A stretch of DNA of 32,000 nt from Candidatus Hermodarchaeota archaeon (GCA_048886185.1 JBHLKY010000005.1:86901-118900), one strand, 5' to 3'; counted from the stretch's first letter, positions 1 to 10,376 are shown. A program made the numbers and translations. The notes: generated by a model from the letters alone, not told the origin.

Positions 1-1456
1 TTGGATTTATCTCTTCACCAGTTATTTTTTTAATGAGTTCAGGGGGATCATAAAGATTAACTGAAGAATGTACATTTTCAATTAACCAATCTATAATTGG
101 TTTAAGTTCACCTTTCCGTATGAGGTCTTTATAATCTGTAATTTCTTTAGCCATTTGGGCCAATATTTGCGTATTATAGATATTACCCATTGTATATGAG
201 GGGAAATAACTAAAACTGCCTCCTGACCAATGAATGTCTTGTAATACACCTTCAGAGTCATTTTCAATGTTTACGCCTAAATATTCTTTGTATTTTGAGT
301 TCCACAATTCAGGAAGCTGATCTGTTGTTATTTTCCCAGATAATAGATCACGTTCAATTTCAAAACGAATAATTATGTGTAAACCATAAGTTACCTCATC
401 TGCAGTAACCCGAATTTTAGAAGGTTTAACCTCATTGATTGCATGAACAAAAGGATCTAATTCAACCTCAGAGAAAATATCTCCAGTCATCTTTTTAAGT
501 TGAGGAAGGTAAAACTCCCAAAATTCAAGGCTCCTACCAATAAGATTTTCGATGAATCGAGATTGAGATTCATGAATTCCATACGAGGCACTTTCTCCAA
601 CAAATTGGTATTTGTATTTCTGTAAAAGATTTTGCTCGTACAAACCGTGACCAGCTTCATGAAGTACCGAATAAAAAGAATCAGAGAAATTTTCTTCATA
701 ATAATGAGTAGTAATTCGGACATCGTCAAAATAACCTGTAGTGAATGGATGTTCAGTTTCATCTATTCTACCCCTTTCCAGGTCATAATGAACTAATTCC
801 GCTATATTTTTGGACAATTTCTTTTGTATGCCAATAGGACAGTTTCGTTTAATGAGAGAGAGGTCTGGTTGTTTAGGGGATTTTACACATTTCTGAATAA
901 TTGGTATTAGTCCCTCTTTTAGTTCATCAAACAATATTGTAAATTGAGATGAATTCATTCCAGGCTCATATTTTTCAACAAGAGCATCAAAAGGCTCCTT
1001 ATCTGGGTTTAGATAAAAAGCTTTCTTCTTCGTTAAATCGAGAATTTTATCAAGTTCAGGTTTGAATAATAAATAATTAGAGTCTTTTTTGGCTTTTTTC
1101 CAAGCAGCTATTGAGATTGGTATCTGTTTAGCTATGCTTTCCACTAGTTCCTTAGGAACCTTTGACTCCATCTTATGTTTCCGTTCTATCAGATAGATCT
1201 CCCTTTTCTCCTCTTCACTGAGAGAAGAATACTTTGGATGGTTTTTTATTTCTTTCACTAGTTCTCCTATCTTTGGATTCGCGATACGGCCATGTTTTAA
1301 TGACGCTATCATTGCTAGTTCTTCAGCACGCTGGTCGACTCCTTTTGTTGGCATATATGTCTCAAAATCCCAATCAAGGATGTATTCTATCTGTTGAAGT
1401 ACAAAATAATCATGAATCTCTTCTAGAAGATTATCGAAAGCATTTTGTATATCCAT
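1..1456 (-). CDS. Carboxypeptidase M32 (carboxypeptidase Taq family), C-terminal end just outside the window
   Basis: Hand translation from ATG at 1456: MDIQNAFDNLLEEIHDYFVLQQIEYILDWDFETYMP..., HEAGH (HEXXH zinc motif) at 661-647, HESQSRF, GVLQDIHWSGGSFSYFPSY at about 250-195. All in one frame (485 codons). Absent from the ORF track because no stop lies inside the window. Confidence 0.95.
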   Translation of the reverse strand, partial: MDIQNAFDNLLEEIHDYFVLQQIEYILDWDFETYMPTKGVDQRAEELAMIASLKHGRIANPKIGELVKEIKNHPKYSSLSEEEKREIYLIERKHKMESKVPKELVESIAKQIPISIAAWKKAKKDSNYLLFKPELDKILDLTKKKAFYLNPDKEPFDALVEKYEPGMNSSQFTILFDELKEGLIPIIQKCVKSPKQPDLSLIKRNCPIGIQKKLSKNIAELVHYDLERGRIDETEHPFTTGYFDDVRITTHYYEENFSDSFYSVLHEAGHGLYEQNLLQKYKYQFVGESASYGIHESQSRFIENLIGRSLEFWEFYLPQLKKMTGDIFSEVELDPFVHAINEVKPSKIRVTADEVTYGLHIIIRFEIERDLLSGKITTDQLPELWNSKYKEYLGVNIENDSEGVLQDIHWSGGSFSYFPSYTMGNIYNTQILAQMAKEITDYKDLIRKGELKPIIDWLIENVHSSVNLYDPPELIKKITGEEINP

Positions 1457-1880
1457 TTAAAAAAACCTCAAACGAAATAATTTTCTATGAACAGATTTTT
1501 ACTTCTTCTGAAGATTATAAAAATTGGATTCAACAAATAAAACAAGTTTATTTTGTTGATAGATTTTAAATTAATGTTTCTTAAGTATTTAACACCTAAT
1601 GATTTATATAAATCTATTTTACAAAATTATAACTCTGAACTCATGATTTCAATAATATACATTTCACAATATACCCTGAATCTCCAAAGAATGGTTTGCT
1701 TGTTTGTAATTGAATATATCATTCATCATATATTAATTGGAAATATGTTTAATATCTATATGAACTACTAACCAATCCTCCTGAAAAATAATATAATATT
1801 ATAGCTAAAAGATGCTTTTAAATAGAACAAGATTCAAACTTAGTGAAAAAGTGCCATTTTTTTAATGAAGATGTCTACCT

Positions 1881-3068
1881 ATGGAAAATAATGAATGTTA
1901 CATTCTGAAATTGAAATGTACAAGTTGTAAAAAAGAATTTGATTGTAGTGAAAAACATACAGTGTGTGAATCTTGTGGGAAAGTTCTTTTTTCAATCTAT
2001 GACCTTGAAAAGGCGAAAGAACATCTAACAAAAGAAAGAATCCATAATCGAAGAAGTTACAATATATGGCGTTTACATGAAATTATGCCTGTAATTAACC
2101 ATAAGTTTCGTCTTACTTTAGGAGAGGGATGGACTCCACTAGTACATTTAAAGAATTCAGGAGAAAAATATGGGTTAAAGAATTTATTCCTTAAAGATGA
2201 AGGCCAAAATCCAACAGGAACATTCAAGAGTCGTGGGTTATGTGCTGCCGTATCCAAAGGCATTGAATTAGGAATCCAAAATTTCGCAATTCCAACTGCT
2301 GGAAATGCCGGTGCTGCTTTATCGGCTTATACATCATACATCAGAGTAAAATCACATATTTTTATGCCAGAAGATACTCCACAATTAATACAAAATCTGG
2401 TTGTAGCTCTAGGAGGTAATTTAGAAATTGTATCAGGCCTCATCACTGATGTTGCAGCCCGATGTACGCTTGCTGTAAACCAAAATAACTGGTTTGATGT
2501 CTCTACCCTAAAGGAACCTTATAGAGTTGAGGGAAAAAAAACCATGGCTTTCGAGGTTGTTGAGCAGCTTGATTGGAATATTCCTGATGTAATTGTATAT
2601 CCGACTGGAGGAGGAACAGGGATTGTAGGAATGTGGAAAGCTTTTGACGAATTAGAAGCCATCGGATTAATTGGATCAGATCGGCCAAGAATGGTAACTG
2701 TTCAATCATCAGGTTGTGCTCCTATTGTGAAAGCGTTTCAACAAAGACAAAAGAAAGCTGTTTACTGGGAAGAAGCTCAAACACTAGCGCCTGGTTTACG
2801 TATTCCTAAAGCAGTAGGGGACTATTTAATATTGAAAGCTATTTATGAATCAAAAGGTACTGCTGTTGCTATCAATGATGAAGATATTCTAACAGCAATG
2901 AAGACCCTCGCGTATACAGAGGGGATTCTACAGTCACCAGAGGGAGCAGCTACATATGCTGTGGTTCAAAAATTATTGGATTCGGGATTTGTTACCCCAT
3001 CTGAATCTATTATTCTATTCGGTACTGGATCAGGTTTTATTTATCCAGAATTATGGAATATTATCTAA
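1881..3068 (+). CDS. thrC: Threonine synthase (PLP fold II) with N-terminal zinc ribbon
   Basis: CxxC...CxxC N-terminus, TLGEGWTPL, NPTGTFKSRG (PLP lysine), PTAGNAG, EGKKTMAFE, PTGGGTG, PEGAAT. Confidence 0.9.
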   Translation: MENNECYILKLKCTSCKKEFDCSEKHTVCESCGKVLFSIYDLEKAKEHLTKERIHNRRSYNIWRLHEIMPVINHKFRLTLGEGWTPLVHLKNSGEKYGLKNLFLKDEGQNPTGTFKSRGLCAAVSKGIELGIQNFAIPTAGNAGAALSAYTSYIRVKSHIFMPEDTPQLIQNLVVALGGNLEIVSGLITDVAARCTLAVNQNNWFDVSTLKEPYRVEGKKTMAFEVVEQLDWNIPDVIVYPTGGGTGIVGMWKAFDELEAIGLIGSDRPRMVTVQSSGCAPIVKAFQQRQKKAVYWEEAQTLAPGLRIPKAVGDYLILKAIYESKGTAVAINDEDILTAMKTLAYTEGILQSPEGAATYAVVQKLLDSGFVTPSESIILFGTGSGFIYPELWNII

Positions 3069-3167
3069 TCAATGAAAAATGATAAAGTTTTTCTGAAGGG
3101 GGATTAACATCTAATAAAAAGAATAGAAATTATAAAAACAACAGAAATAAAGAATTTTGACTGTTTT

Positions 3168-4457
3168 TTGGTGAAAAAAATGAATAAGGTAAGTATGAGT
3201 TCACTAGTAATATTTGGTGTACTAATAACTCTAAATCTTCTCAATCCAGTTAATGCCTCAGTTCAACTAGATATTCCAACTGAAGAAGAATATGTTTCTG
3301 GAACCATTACTAATCTCTTTTCAAATATGAGTTATGTGTGGATTCATACAAATGAAACCTCTCTACTATCTTTAATGATGTATAATGAGATCTACAATGT
3401 AGCACCTTTTTACCCGTTTTTTGGTCAATCTTTTAACGTAGCAAATGAATCATTCTTTGTTGGAACGGTAATAACAGGATTTGAATTATATCAAGATAGC
3501 AACTACAACAATATTCTTGATTCTAAAGAAGAATTAAGATATTATATTGCACTTAATGGATCTACTGGATTTTTACTACCACATGTAGAACGTAGCGTAA
3601 CTCGTACAGAACGAACTTATAAATGGAAAGTTGGATATTCGAATGTAGATGGATTTCTCTTTCCAGATTTAGATCTCACAAGAAATAAGAAAACAATTAT
3701 TGCGAATGTTAACCTCTCATATTCATTTAAGATTAACAGTAATTATTCTGAACTGAAATTAGCAATTGAAATGGGAGCTTGGGATGTCTATGAATATACA
3801 TTTAATTCCCAACCTCCCCCAGAAGAATTACGCTTACAAGATATTGACCTTACTAATTACAGTCTTTCAATATTATTTGGTACTACAGTTAGTAGTGAGA
3901 ATCCTATATCAATAACTTTAACAAATGAAACTACAGGTTTTTCTGACGCTACAATCATGGTAAATGATATTCCCATCTTCCAATCACTATTCAAGGACAC
4001 ATATGACCTCGGACTAGTCATATCCACTCACTCAGCCATAGCTATACCTGCAACTCCAGAAACACTTTATGATGAACAAGTGCTTTCTTGGCGTACCCCT
4101 CAGGAACTTTATACTTGGTGGGGATCATTCTTCTCGTCAATGAGTGATCTGACAATAATTCCTGCATTAGGAATTGAAGAAGTATCATTTTTATACAGAA
4201 TTTGTTATCCTATCTGGAATGGTGAACCATTCAGCCATGATCCAAGATATCGAGCACTTTTCAATGGTGTAATTTCTCCAAGACCAACACAGACTGATCA
4301 ACCGACTTCAGAACCAGAATCTAGTAGTGAATTAAGTGGGGAATCCAGTACTTTCTCTTCAACACCAATGATTCAAAGTACACCAAGCTTTCTAATTTCA
4401 AGCGTCCTTGTAATGGTTATTCTTGTCCCATGCTTAAGAAAGAAAAGCAAACTTTAA
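3168..4457 (+). CDS. Secreted/cell-surface protein with C-terminal membrane anchor (PGF-CTERM-like)
   Basis: Basic-then-hydrophobic signal peptide, DSNYNNILD acidic loop, many N-x-S/T sequons, Pro/Ser/Thr/Glu linker, then TPSF + hydrophobic helix + RKKSKL. Start may be TTG 3168, GTG 3171 or ATG 3180. Confidence 0.75.
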   Translation: MVKKMNKVSMSSLVIFGVLITLNLLNPVNASVQLDIPTEEEYVSGTITNLFSNMSYVWIHTNETSLLSLMMYNEIYNVAPFYPFFGQSFNVANESFFVGTVITGFELYQDSNYNNILDSKEELRYYIALNGSTGFLLPHVERSVTRTERTYKWKVGYSNVDGFLFPDLDLTRNKKTIIANVNLSYSFKINSNYSELKLAIEMGAWDVYEYTFNSQPPPEELRLQDIDLTNYSLSILFGTTVSSENPISITLTNETTGFSDATIMVNDIPIFQSLFKDTYDLGLVISTHSAIAIPATPETLYDEQVLSWRTPQELYTWWGSFFSSMSDLTIIPALGIEEVSFLYRICYPIWNGEPFSHDPRYRALFNGVISPRPTQTDQPTSEPESSSELSGESSTFSSTPMIQSTPSFLISSVLVMVILVPCLRKKSKL

Positions 4458-4566
4458 TCAATTTTTTTCTCTTTTTATTCTAAAAAATTAATCAGATTTC
4501 AATCTTGTTCTTTCATAAAATTGGATATTGAGGTTCTAAACTTTTCTACAAATACTCAAGACCTTT

Positions 4567-4633
4567 AAAAGCTTAAAGCTTTTTTATTTCAGAATTTCGA
4601 AATTTTGAAATCTTTTTAAATAGGGATATCCCT
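4567..4633 (+). promoter_or_regulatory. Promoter with three inverted repeats (candidate operators) upstream of the regulator-ABC operon
   Basis: AAAAGCTT-A-AAGCTTTT (4567-4583); ATTTCAGAATTTCGAAATTTTGAAAT (4586-4611, 13-bp arms, one mismatch); AGGGATATCCCT (4622-4633, perfect). Confidence 0.55.
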
Positions 4634-4656
4634 TAAGCTAAACTGAAGGAAATGTA

Positions 4657-5217
4657 ATGAGATCTTCTTTTGGTACAACTGATATATCAATTAATGCTTT
4701 AAGAGCCCAACTTTTTGATATATTTGCTAAATATTATGAAGAATACGGAATTCCAGGCCTCTGTGGCTGGATAGATACGTTGTTCCTTTTTGAAACACGA
4801 GACCCACATGGCCATCATTGGACACAAAGGTCAATTTCAAAACGATTAACTGAGCTTTTTCCGAATGGTAAATACCCAACCTCGATCTCTTCTATTAATC
4901 GAGCAATAAAGATAAATGAAAAATATGGTACTGTCTTAAAGGAGGGAACACATAATACTGGATATACATATACGGCGACAACAGGAACAGAAATGATTAC
5001 AAAAATTTTTGAAGGATTCATTGAGAAAACTAATGTCTGTATAAATGATTTACACCTACTCCTGATAAAATGTCAAGAATCAGATATGAATTTGAAAAAA
5101 ATTTTAGAAGAACAAATCCTTGGTTATAATACCTATGTGCGGTTACTTGAGTATGCACTGAAATTTTTTAATGAGAAATTATCAGAATTACTTTTGAATG
5201 GAGGAAAAAACATTTAA
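4657..5217 (+). CDS. Winged-helix transcriptional regulator, GbsR/MarR-like
   Basis: WTQRSISKRL...TSISSINRAIKINEKYG HTH and wing pattern, helical C-terminus; first gene of the ABC operon, overlapping the next gene at TAATG. Confidence 0.7.
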   Translation: MRSSFGTTDISINALRAQLFDIFAKYYEEYGIPGLCGWIDTLFLFETRDPHGHHWTQRSISKRLTELFPNGKYPTSISSINRAIKINEKYGTVLKEGTHNTGYTYTATTGTEMITKIFEGFIEKTNVCINDLHLLLIKCQESDMNLKKILEEQILGYNTYVRLLEYALKFFNEKLSELLLNGGKNI

Positions 5218-6176
5218 TGTCAACTATTATAGAAGTTAGTGATTTACACAAATCTTTTGGGAAAGGGGATAAATTAGTAAGAGCTGTTGCTGGAATCTCA
5301 CTGAAAATTAAGGAAAATGAAATTTTTGGCTTTTTAGGCCCGAATGGAGCGGGCAAAACTACCAGTCTTCGCATGATTATGGGTCTTCTAAAACCTGATG
5401 CTGGTGATATTAAAATTCTCGGACAAGATCCCCATAAAGATGGTACAGGCTTGAAGAAAATATTGGGAATAATCCCTCAGTCCCTGACCTTTTATGATGA
5501 TCTAACAGTTGAAGAAAATCTATGGTTCTTAGCAAAAATCTATGACATTCCAACAAAGATAGCGAAAGACCATATTGACTTCCTAATTGCTAAAGTTGGT
5601 CTTGAGGAGAAACGAAAACATTTGACTCGCAATCTATCTGGAGGTTTGCAAAGAAGATTGAATTTAATTCTCGGATTAGTTCATGATCCGAAAATAATTT
5701 TATGTGATGAACCAACTCCAGGCCTCGATCCCCAGTCTCGAGTTGCAGTTTGGGAAGTCATTAAAGATTTACCAAAACAAGGTAAAACCGTGATCCTAAC
5801 TACTCATTTCATGGAGGAAGCAGATAGATTAAGTGATCGCATTGCAATTATGGACCATGGCAAGATATTAGTTCTTGATACTCCTAAAAGATTAAAGTCT
5901 TCCATTGGTGAAGGAGATTTAGTAGAATTTTCTTTAACTGGAAGTCAAGCTGAAGTAGAAGTTCTAGCTAGTAAATTGAAAACTTTTAATGGTATTGAAG
6001 ACGCTTATGTTTCTGGTGGTTTAATTGTCATTCGGGCGCTTGATGTAGTTTCTCGTCTTAGTCGAATCTTAAATTTTATTGAATCAAAAGGTTGTGAGGT
6101 TGATAATATGTCTATCAGAAGTACATCACTTGAGGATGTCTTTATTAATTTAACTGGTCGAGATTTGCGGGATTAG
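5217..6176 (+). CDS. ABC-2 type exporter ATP-binding subunit (DrrA-like)
   Basis: Walker A GPNGAGKT, signature LSGG, Walker B IILCDEPT, H-loop TTHFMEEA, C-terminal SLEDVFINLTG. Confidence 0.95.
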   Translation: MSTIIEVSDLHKSFGKGDKLVRAVAGISLKIKENEIFGFLGPNGAGKTTSLRMIMGLLKPDAGDIKILGQDPHKDGTGLKKILGIIPQSLTFYDDLTVEENLWFLAKIYDIPTKIAKDHIDFLIAKVGLEEKRKHLTRNLSGGLQRRLNLILGLVHDPKIILCDEPTPGLDPQSRVAVWEVIKDLPKQGKTVILTTHFMEEADRLSDRIAIMDHGKILVLDTPKRLKSSIGEGDLVEFSLTGSQAEVEVLASKLKTFNGIEDAYVSGGLIVIRALDVVSRLSRILNFIESKGCEVDNMSIRSTSLEDVFINLTGRDLRD

Positions 6177-6187
6177 AAGGTGATTTA

Positions 6188-7570
6188 GTGTCAGTAAGAC
6201 AAGTACTTGCGGTCACACAACGAATGGGGTTACAATTAATCAGAAGTAAATGGACCATACCATATTTAATTTTATTTCCATTATTTTTTATTGGATTATA
6301 TTGGATCGGATTTTCAACATCTCCAGTTGGAGAAACTCAGACATTTTTACTAGGTGTGATCAACCAAGATGCAGGTCTTTCAGATAGCGTTCAATCTCTC
6401 TTTCAAAATGAGACAATTATGAAAAATACTTCTTTTAGTCAGTATCACAATCCTGAAGTTATTAATAAGGGATTCGGAAGTGAATTTGTTGAGATTCTTG
6501 GAAACTTAACATATAGTAATCTTCCAGATGCGCCGCTCATATTTGAAGTAACTTATTTTAAAACAGAGTCCAGAGCTAATGATAAATTATTTAAACGAGA
6601 TTTAGATGTTTTAATTATCCTTAGTCCTAATTTTTCTAATACAACCCTTTCAATCTTAAACAGATATTGGTGTAATACGTTTGGATATTATTTTCATGAA
6701 ATGATTCAGCTATACTTTCCAACATCTCCCGATTTACCGATAGGAATAAACGATACAATTCGTATAATAGGAGATGAGAGCTACTTAAACTTTAAAATAG
6801 CAAAATCATTGCTTTCCGTTGTGATACATTCATATCAAGATCTCACAACTGCCTTCAAAGGACCTGGTGGGACTATTTCACTCAGCCTGAATGAAGAATG
6901 CACAGTTAATATTCAAACATATTCATTATTTGAATTATCTATCCCTGGTTTAATTGCGTTTGGTATAATTGTTCAACCTTCATTAACTTCAATGCTATTT
7001 TGTATGGAATTTAGGCCCAATAATAAAACCTTCGATAGAATATTGTTAGCTCCTTCCTCAACTAAACTGTATATTACTGGATCAGTTTTAATACAAATCC
7101 CTGTAATGTTAGGACAGACAATAATACTATTTATAACAAGCTTATTATTAGGATTTCATCCTGCAGGAGATATACTTCTTGGATTTTTAATTAGTTTGAC
7201 GATTTTCCCATTCTGCTTATTTCTCGTTTATATTTCTACTGCCTTTCTATCGAATGAAGATGTAGTAGGAAATATATTAGGATTTGGTGCACCCTTTATG
7301 GCATTCATGAGTGGGGCTTTCATTGAAGTTCCTGAAATAATTCTCATCCCCGAGATCTTCCCAACTGCAAGTGGTGTTCTTCGAGATTTTCTTCTATGGG
7401 ATCTTTTACCATTAACTCATACAGTTAATGCTTTACGCTTAGTTTTACTTTATGATTTTGAGTTTCATCTTGTTTTACCAGATATCTTTGTGAGTTTATT
7501 TCTTTCAATAACTTTTCTCAGCTTATCACTTATTATTTTCAGTTATTTCCGTTTTAAACGTCGAGGCTGA
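6188..7570 (+). CDS. ABC-2 type exporter permease
   Basis: One N-terminal TM, large extracytoplasmic region, about 5 C-terminal TMs, LPLTHTVNALR motif; follows the ATPase. Confidence 0.88.
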   Translation: MSVRQVLAVTQRMGLQLIRSKWTIPYLILFPLFFIGLYWIGFSTSPVGETQTFLLGVINQDAGLSDSVQSLFQNETIMKNTSFSQYHNPEVINKGFGSEFVEILGNLTYSNLPDAPLIFEVTYFKTESRANDKLFKRDLDVLIILSPNFSNTTLSILNRYWCNTFGYYFHEMIQLYFPTSPDLPIGINDTIRIIGDESYLNFKIAKSLLSVVIHSYQDLTTAFKGPGGTISLSLNEECTVNIQTYSLFELSIPGLIAFGIIVQPSLTSMLFCMEFRPNNKTFDRILLAPSSTKLYITGSVLIQIPVMLGQTIILFITSLLLGFHPAGDILLGFLISLTIFPFCLFLVYISTAFLSNEDVVGNILGFGAPFMAFMSGAFIEVPEIILIPEIFPTASGVLRDFLLWDLLPLTHTVNALRLVLLYDFEFHLVLPDIFVSLFLSITFLSLSLIIFSYFRFKRRG

Positions 7571-7576
7571 TAACAA

Positions 7577-8884
7577 GTGTATAAAATACTACTTTACATA
7601 ATACGATGTCTGAAGCAAACAGCTAGAAATACCGAAAGAATGAGTATTATATTTTTGATACCCATTCTATTTATTATAGGAATTGCATTTCTTTATGGTG
7701 ATAAAAGTTCATTTGTTGTCATTGGAGATACTGGTGAGAATTATAGGATTGGTGTTATTGATAAAGACCAAAATTTGAATCTGAATTCTTCACTTCAATC
7801 TCAATTTAATCAATACACGGCACAAAACAATTTGTTAGGAGAACCTTTTCATGAAGGATTTGGTAGGTGTTTTATTAAGAACATTAATCAATCTGAAATT
7901 CTATTGTCTAATGGTGATAAACGTAGATTTTCTGTTATTCCTTATAAGGATATAGAAGATGCCAGTAAAGCAGTTCAAAGTCGATTTATTAGTTTATGCC
8001 TTATAATTCCCAACAATTTTTCACAAACTGTTATTGCTGGATTAAATCATCGAATTAAAGTCACAGAGGGAAAACTCCTATTAACAACTTCAAAATACTT
8101 TTATTCGGTAGCTAAAGTAGAGTTAATAGGAGATTATTCCTATGCACGTTTTGCTGAAGCAACCATATTACTGGAAGAAATGCTTAGTTCTTTCCTTGAT
8201 GTTTTTTGGATTACTGGCCTGGACTGGCCTGGTAAATTCACAGTGGTTCATGAATCAATCTCAACACTAGCTTTTACAGAATTTGATATCTATGTTCCAG
8301 CATTCTTGATATTTGTATTAATTACATCTAGTACTGGTGTTGCGGGTATTATTGGTTATGAACAAGAACAAGGTACAATTGATAGATTAAAATTAAGCAA
8401 ATTCCCCTCATCTTACTTGTTGTTTGGTCTTTCGATTACCCAAATCATCTCAACACTTATAACAATGATTTGTGTCATGATTACCATTTATCTATTAGAT
8501 TTTCCCTTCCAGGAAGATTATCAAATCTTTTTTATCATAATGGTAAGTATTTTGGCTGTTATGCCCCTTTTAGGATTAAGCCTAGGGATTGCTGCGTTCC
8601 TTGGAGGTAAAATGGCTACTTATCTACCAGGTCTCCTAGCAATACCTCTCTCTTTCCTTACAGGTGGTTTTATTCCCTTACCACGTTTTTCTTTGTATGG
8701 TGACATTCAATTGTGGCATTTGAATCCCTTCTATTCAACTGGTGAGATCTATCGAAAAGTATTGATCCTTAATTTGGAGGTAAATCAGATTTTCTTGGAT
8801 TTAAGTATGCTAATTCTGAGTGGAATGTGTTTATTTAGTATGGGGGCTTTTATATTTATAAGAAGTGTATATAAAAAACTTTAA
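7577..8884 (+). CDS. ABC-2 type exporter permease (second subunit)
   Basis: Same topology; EQEQGTIDRLKLS and LNPFYS motifs; 6 nt from the previous gene. Confidence 0.88.
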   Translation: MYKILLYIIRCLKQTARNTERMSIIFLIPILFIIGIAFLYGDKSSFVVIGDTGENYRIGVIDKDQNLNLNSSLQSQFNQYTAQNNLLGEPFHEGFGRCFIKNINQSEILLSNGDKRRFSVIPYKDIEDASKAVQSRFISLCLIIPNNFSQTVIAGLNHRIKVTEGKLLLTTSKYFYSVAKVELIGDYSYARFAEATILLEEMLSSFLDVFWITGLDWPGKFTVVHESISTLAFTEFDIYVPAFLIFVLITSSTGVAGIIGYEQEQGTIDRLKLSKFPSSYLLFGLSITQIISTLITMICVMITIYLLDFPFQEDYQIFFIIMVSILAVMPLLGLSLGIAAFLGGKMATYLPGLLAIPLSFLTGGFIPLPRFSLYGDIQLWHLNPFYSTGEIYRKVLILNLEVNQIFLDLSMLILSGMCLFSMGAFIFIRSVYKKL

Positions 8885-9003
8885 TAACAAAACGAGATTT
8901 ATTAATTAAGGAATAGGTGAATTAGACTTAAAAAGTGTTTCAAGTATTATTGTATTGAGAGTAAAGAGAAGAAGTTAAGTAGTTCTTCTTCTTTCTTTTT
9001 TTA

Positions 9004-9591
9004 CTATCGTCTACTTTTTGGTTTCCAATACTGCAGGAACTCTCCCCATTCTGTTGTCATAATTAAATCAAGCATCTTTTGAGCAAGCATTCTAATTTCC
9101 CATTGTGCTTCTTTTTTCAATCGTTGTTCAAGAAACCAAATAAGACTATTCATATTAAGTGTCCAAGTAATCGTGGTTTTACAAGCATTTGGAAGACAGA
9201 ACCTGGCATCTTCTTTTGGGATATTGTGTTCACGATAATAATGATACTCATCAGCTTCACGATTCCGAGCTTCAATGTATTTCTCTTTTAGTTCTTCATT
9301 GTTTTTTATTTTGGGAGGGATGATAAACCAATCAGGATCAGTTAAAGGATCAAAATATCTTTGAGATTCTTGGGTGAATGTAACTCCAATACGTTGACGA
9401 ACTAATTGATGTGTACAAGCTCTACTTATTTCTCGGATTTGTACAGTCACCGAGGAATGTTCCAAGACAGACCAATGGCCTGCTTTGAATATTTTTTCAG
9501 GAATTCTCTCAATATGATCTTTCCGTCGTGAGGTCTTCATTCCTTTAATAATCCCTAAAACTGGTGAGATTTGTATTAATTCTATTTCCAA
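9004..9591 (-). CDS. thyX: FAD-dependent thymidylate synthase
   Basis: GHWSVLEH, SRACTHQLVRQR...ESQRY, EDARFCLPNA, AQWEIR motifs; TTG start. Confidence 0.93.
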   Translation of the reverse strand: MEIELIQISPVLGIIKGMKTSRRKDHIERIPEKIFKAGHWSVLEHSSVTVQIREISRACTHQLVRQRIGVTFTQESQRYFDPLTDPDWFIIPPKIKNNEELKEKYIEARNREADEYHYYREHNIPKEDARFCLPNACKTTITWTLNMNSLIWFLEQRLKKEAQWEIRMLAQKMLDLIMTTEWGEFLQYWKPKSRR

Positions 9592-9638
9592 TCTTCAAGT
9601 CTCCAATTAAAACAGTAAAAAAATAATTGAGTTTAATA

Positions 9639-10376
9639 TTAAGGTTGAAATAAGGTTTCTAAAGGTACTTTAATGTCCTGATAACGAAATGAAAGAATAT
9701 GTCGTGTTGTTTTTGGAGCATAAAGTCTTTTTTCTTTAGCTGCTTTAATAACATCCTCTTTCGTAACTCGTGTACGTAAAAGGGCAAATGAACCTTTATC
9801 ATTTTCAATTGAATGGATTGCAAAGTCAATTGTTTTTGCATAATCAAAAGCTGTGGGATTAAAATTGGCGAGAAACTTCTGATAAATAGCTTGTTGCGTT
9901 CCATTTAAACAATAATATTTACCATTATTTGTCATCAATGTAAAACCATATTTGGGGTTTTTTAGAATATCTCGTGAGAAATTCTCAATTTCGTCCCATT
10001 CAATACTCATTTTTTTGAGCTCAAATGGGAAGTTAAAGGGCCCCTTTTCAGTATAAAATGGATGCCAAGTACCGAGTTTAATGTCAGGATTATCAACATA
10101 TTCAATCTCAACACATGGTATTTTGATCACCTTGGCATTTCTTTCTTCACCTAGTTCTTTAAGTGCAACTACTCTATGATGTCCGTCTAGAATAACATTC
10201 TCATTCTTGACTACTAAAATTGGACGGAAAAAATGTCCAAGGTTTTTCAAGTTATCCTTTAACCAGCCAACTTGGTTTTGTACTGTTTCTTCATGACCAT
10301 AGAGCTCATCAATATTTAAAAGAACTATATGTTGATGAACTAGAGGTCTTTCTGAATAAAAGCGATCTTGGGCCAT
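9639..10376 (-). CDS. serK: ADP-dependent L-serine kinase SerK-like (ParB/Srx fold)
   Basis: GHEE, ILDGHHR, TWHP, TKEDV and C-terminal PKTTRHIL...VPLETLF follow Thermococcus SerK as I recall it, over the full length. Start set at ATG 10376 (MAQDRF) rather than 10424. Confidence 0.8.
   Translation of the reverse strand: MAQDRFYSERPLVHQHIVLLNIDELYGHEETVQNQVGWLKDNLKNLGHFFRPILVVKNENVILDGHHRVVALKELGEERNAKVIKIPCVEIEYVDNPDIKLGTWHPFYTEKGPFNFPFELKKMSIEWDEIENFSRDILKNPKYGFTLMTNNGKYYCLNGTQQAIYQKFLANFNPTAFDYAKTIDFAIHSIENDKGSFALLRTRVTKEDVIKAAKEKRLYAPKTTRHILSFRYQDIKVPLETLFQP

Noticed and set aside
487-1569. ORF-track entries 487..762 (-) and 1234..1569 (+)
   Set aside because: Alternative-frame and antisense shadows of the M32 carboxypeptidase, which has clear motifs.
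1553-1771. 72-aa ORF in the carboxypeptidase/thrC divergent gap
   Set aside because: Extremely AT-rich, I/Y/N-biased, TTG start, no motif; most likely promoter DNA.
1881-3068. Idea that the ThrC-like protein is a cysteate synthase using SerK-made phosphoserine
   Set aside because: Motifs (FKSRG, PTAGNAG) look like ordinary threonine synthase and the gene is over 6 kb from serK on the other strand. Only a phylogeny against cysteate synthases could revive it.
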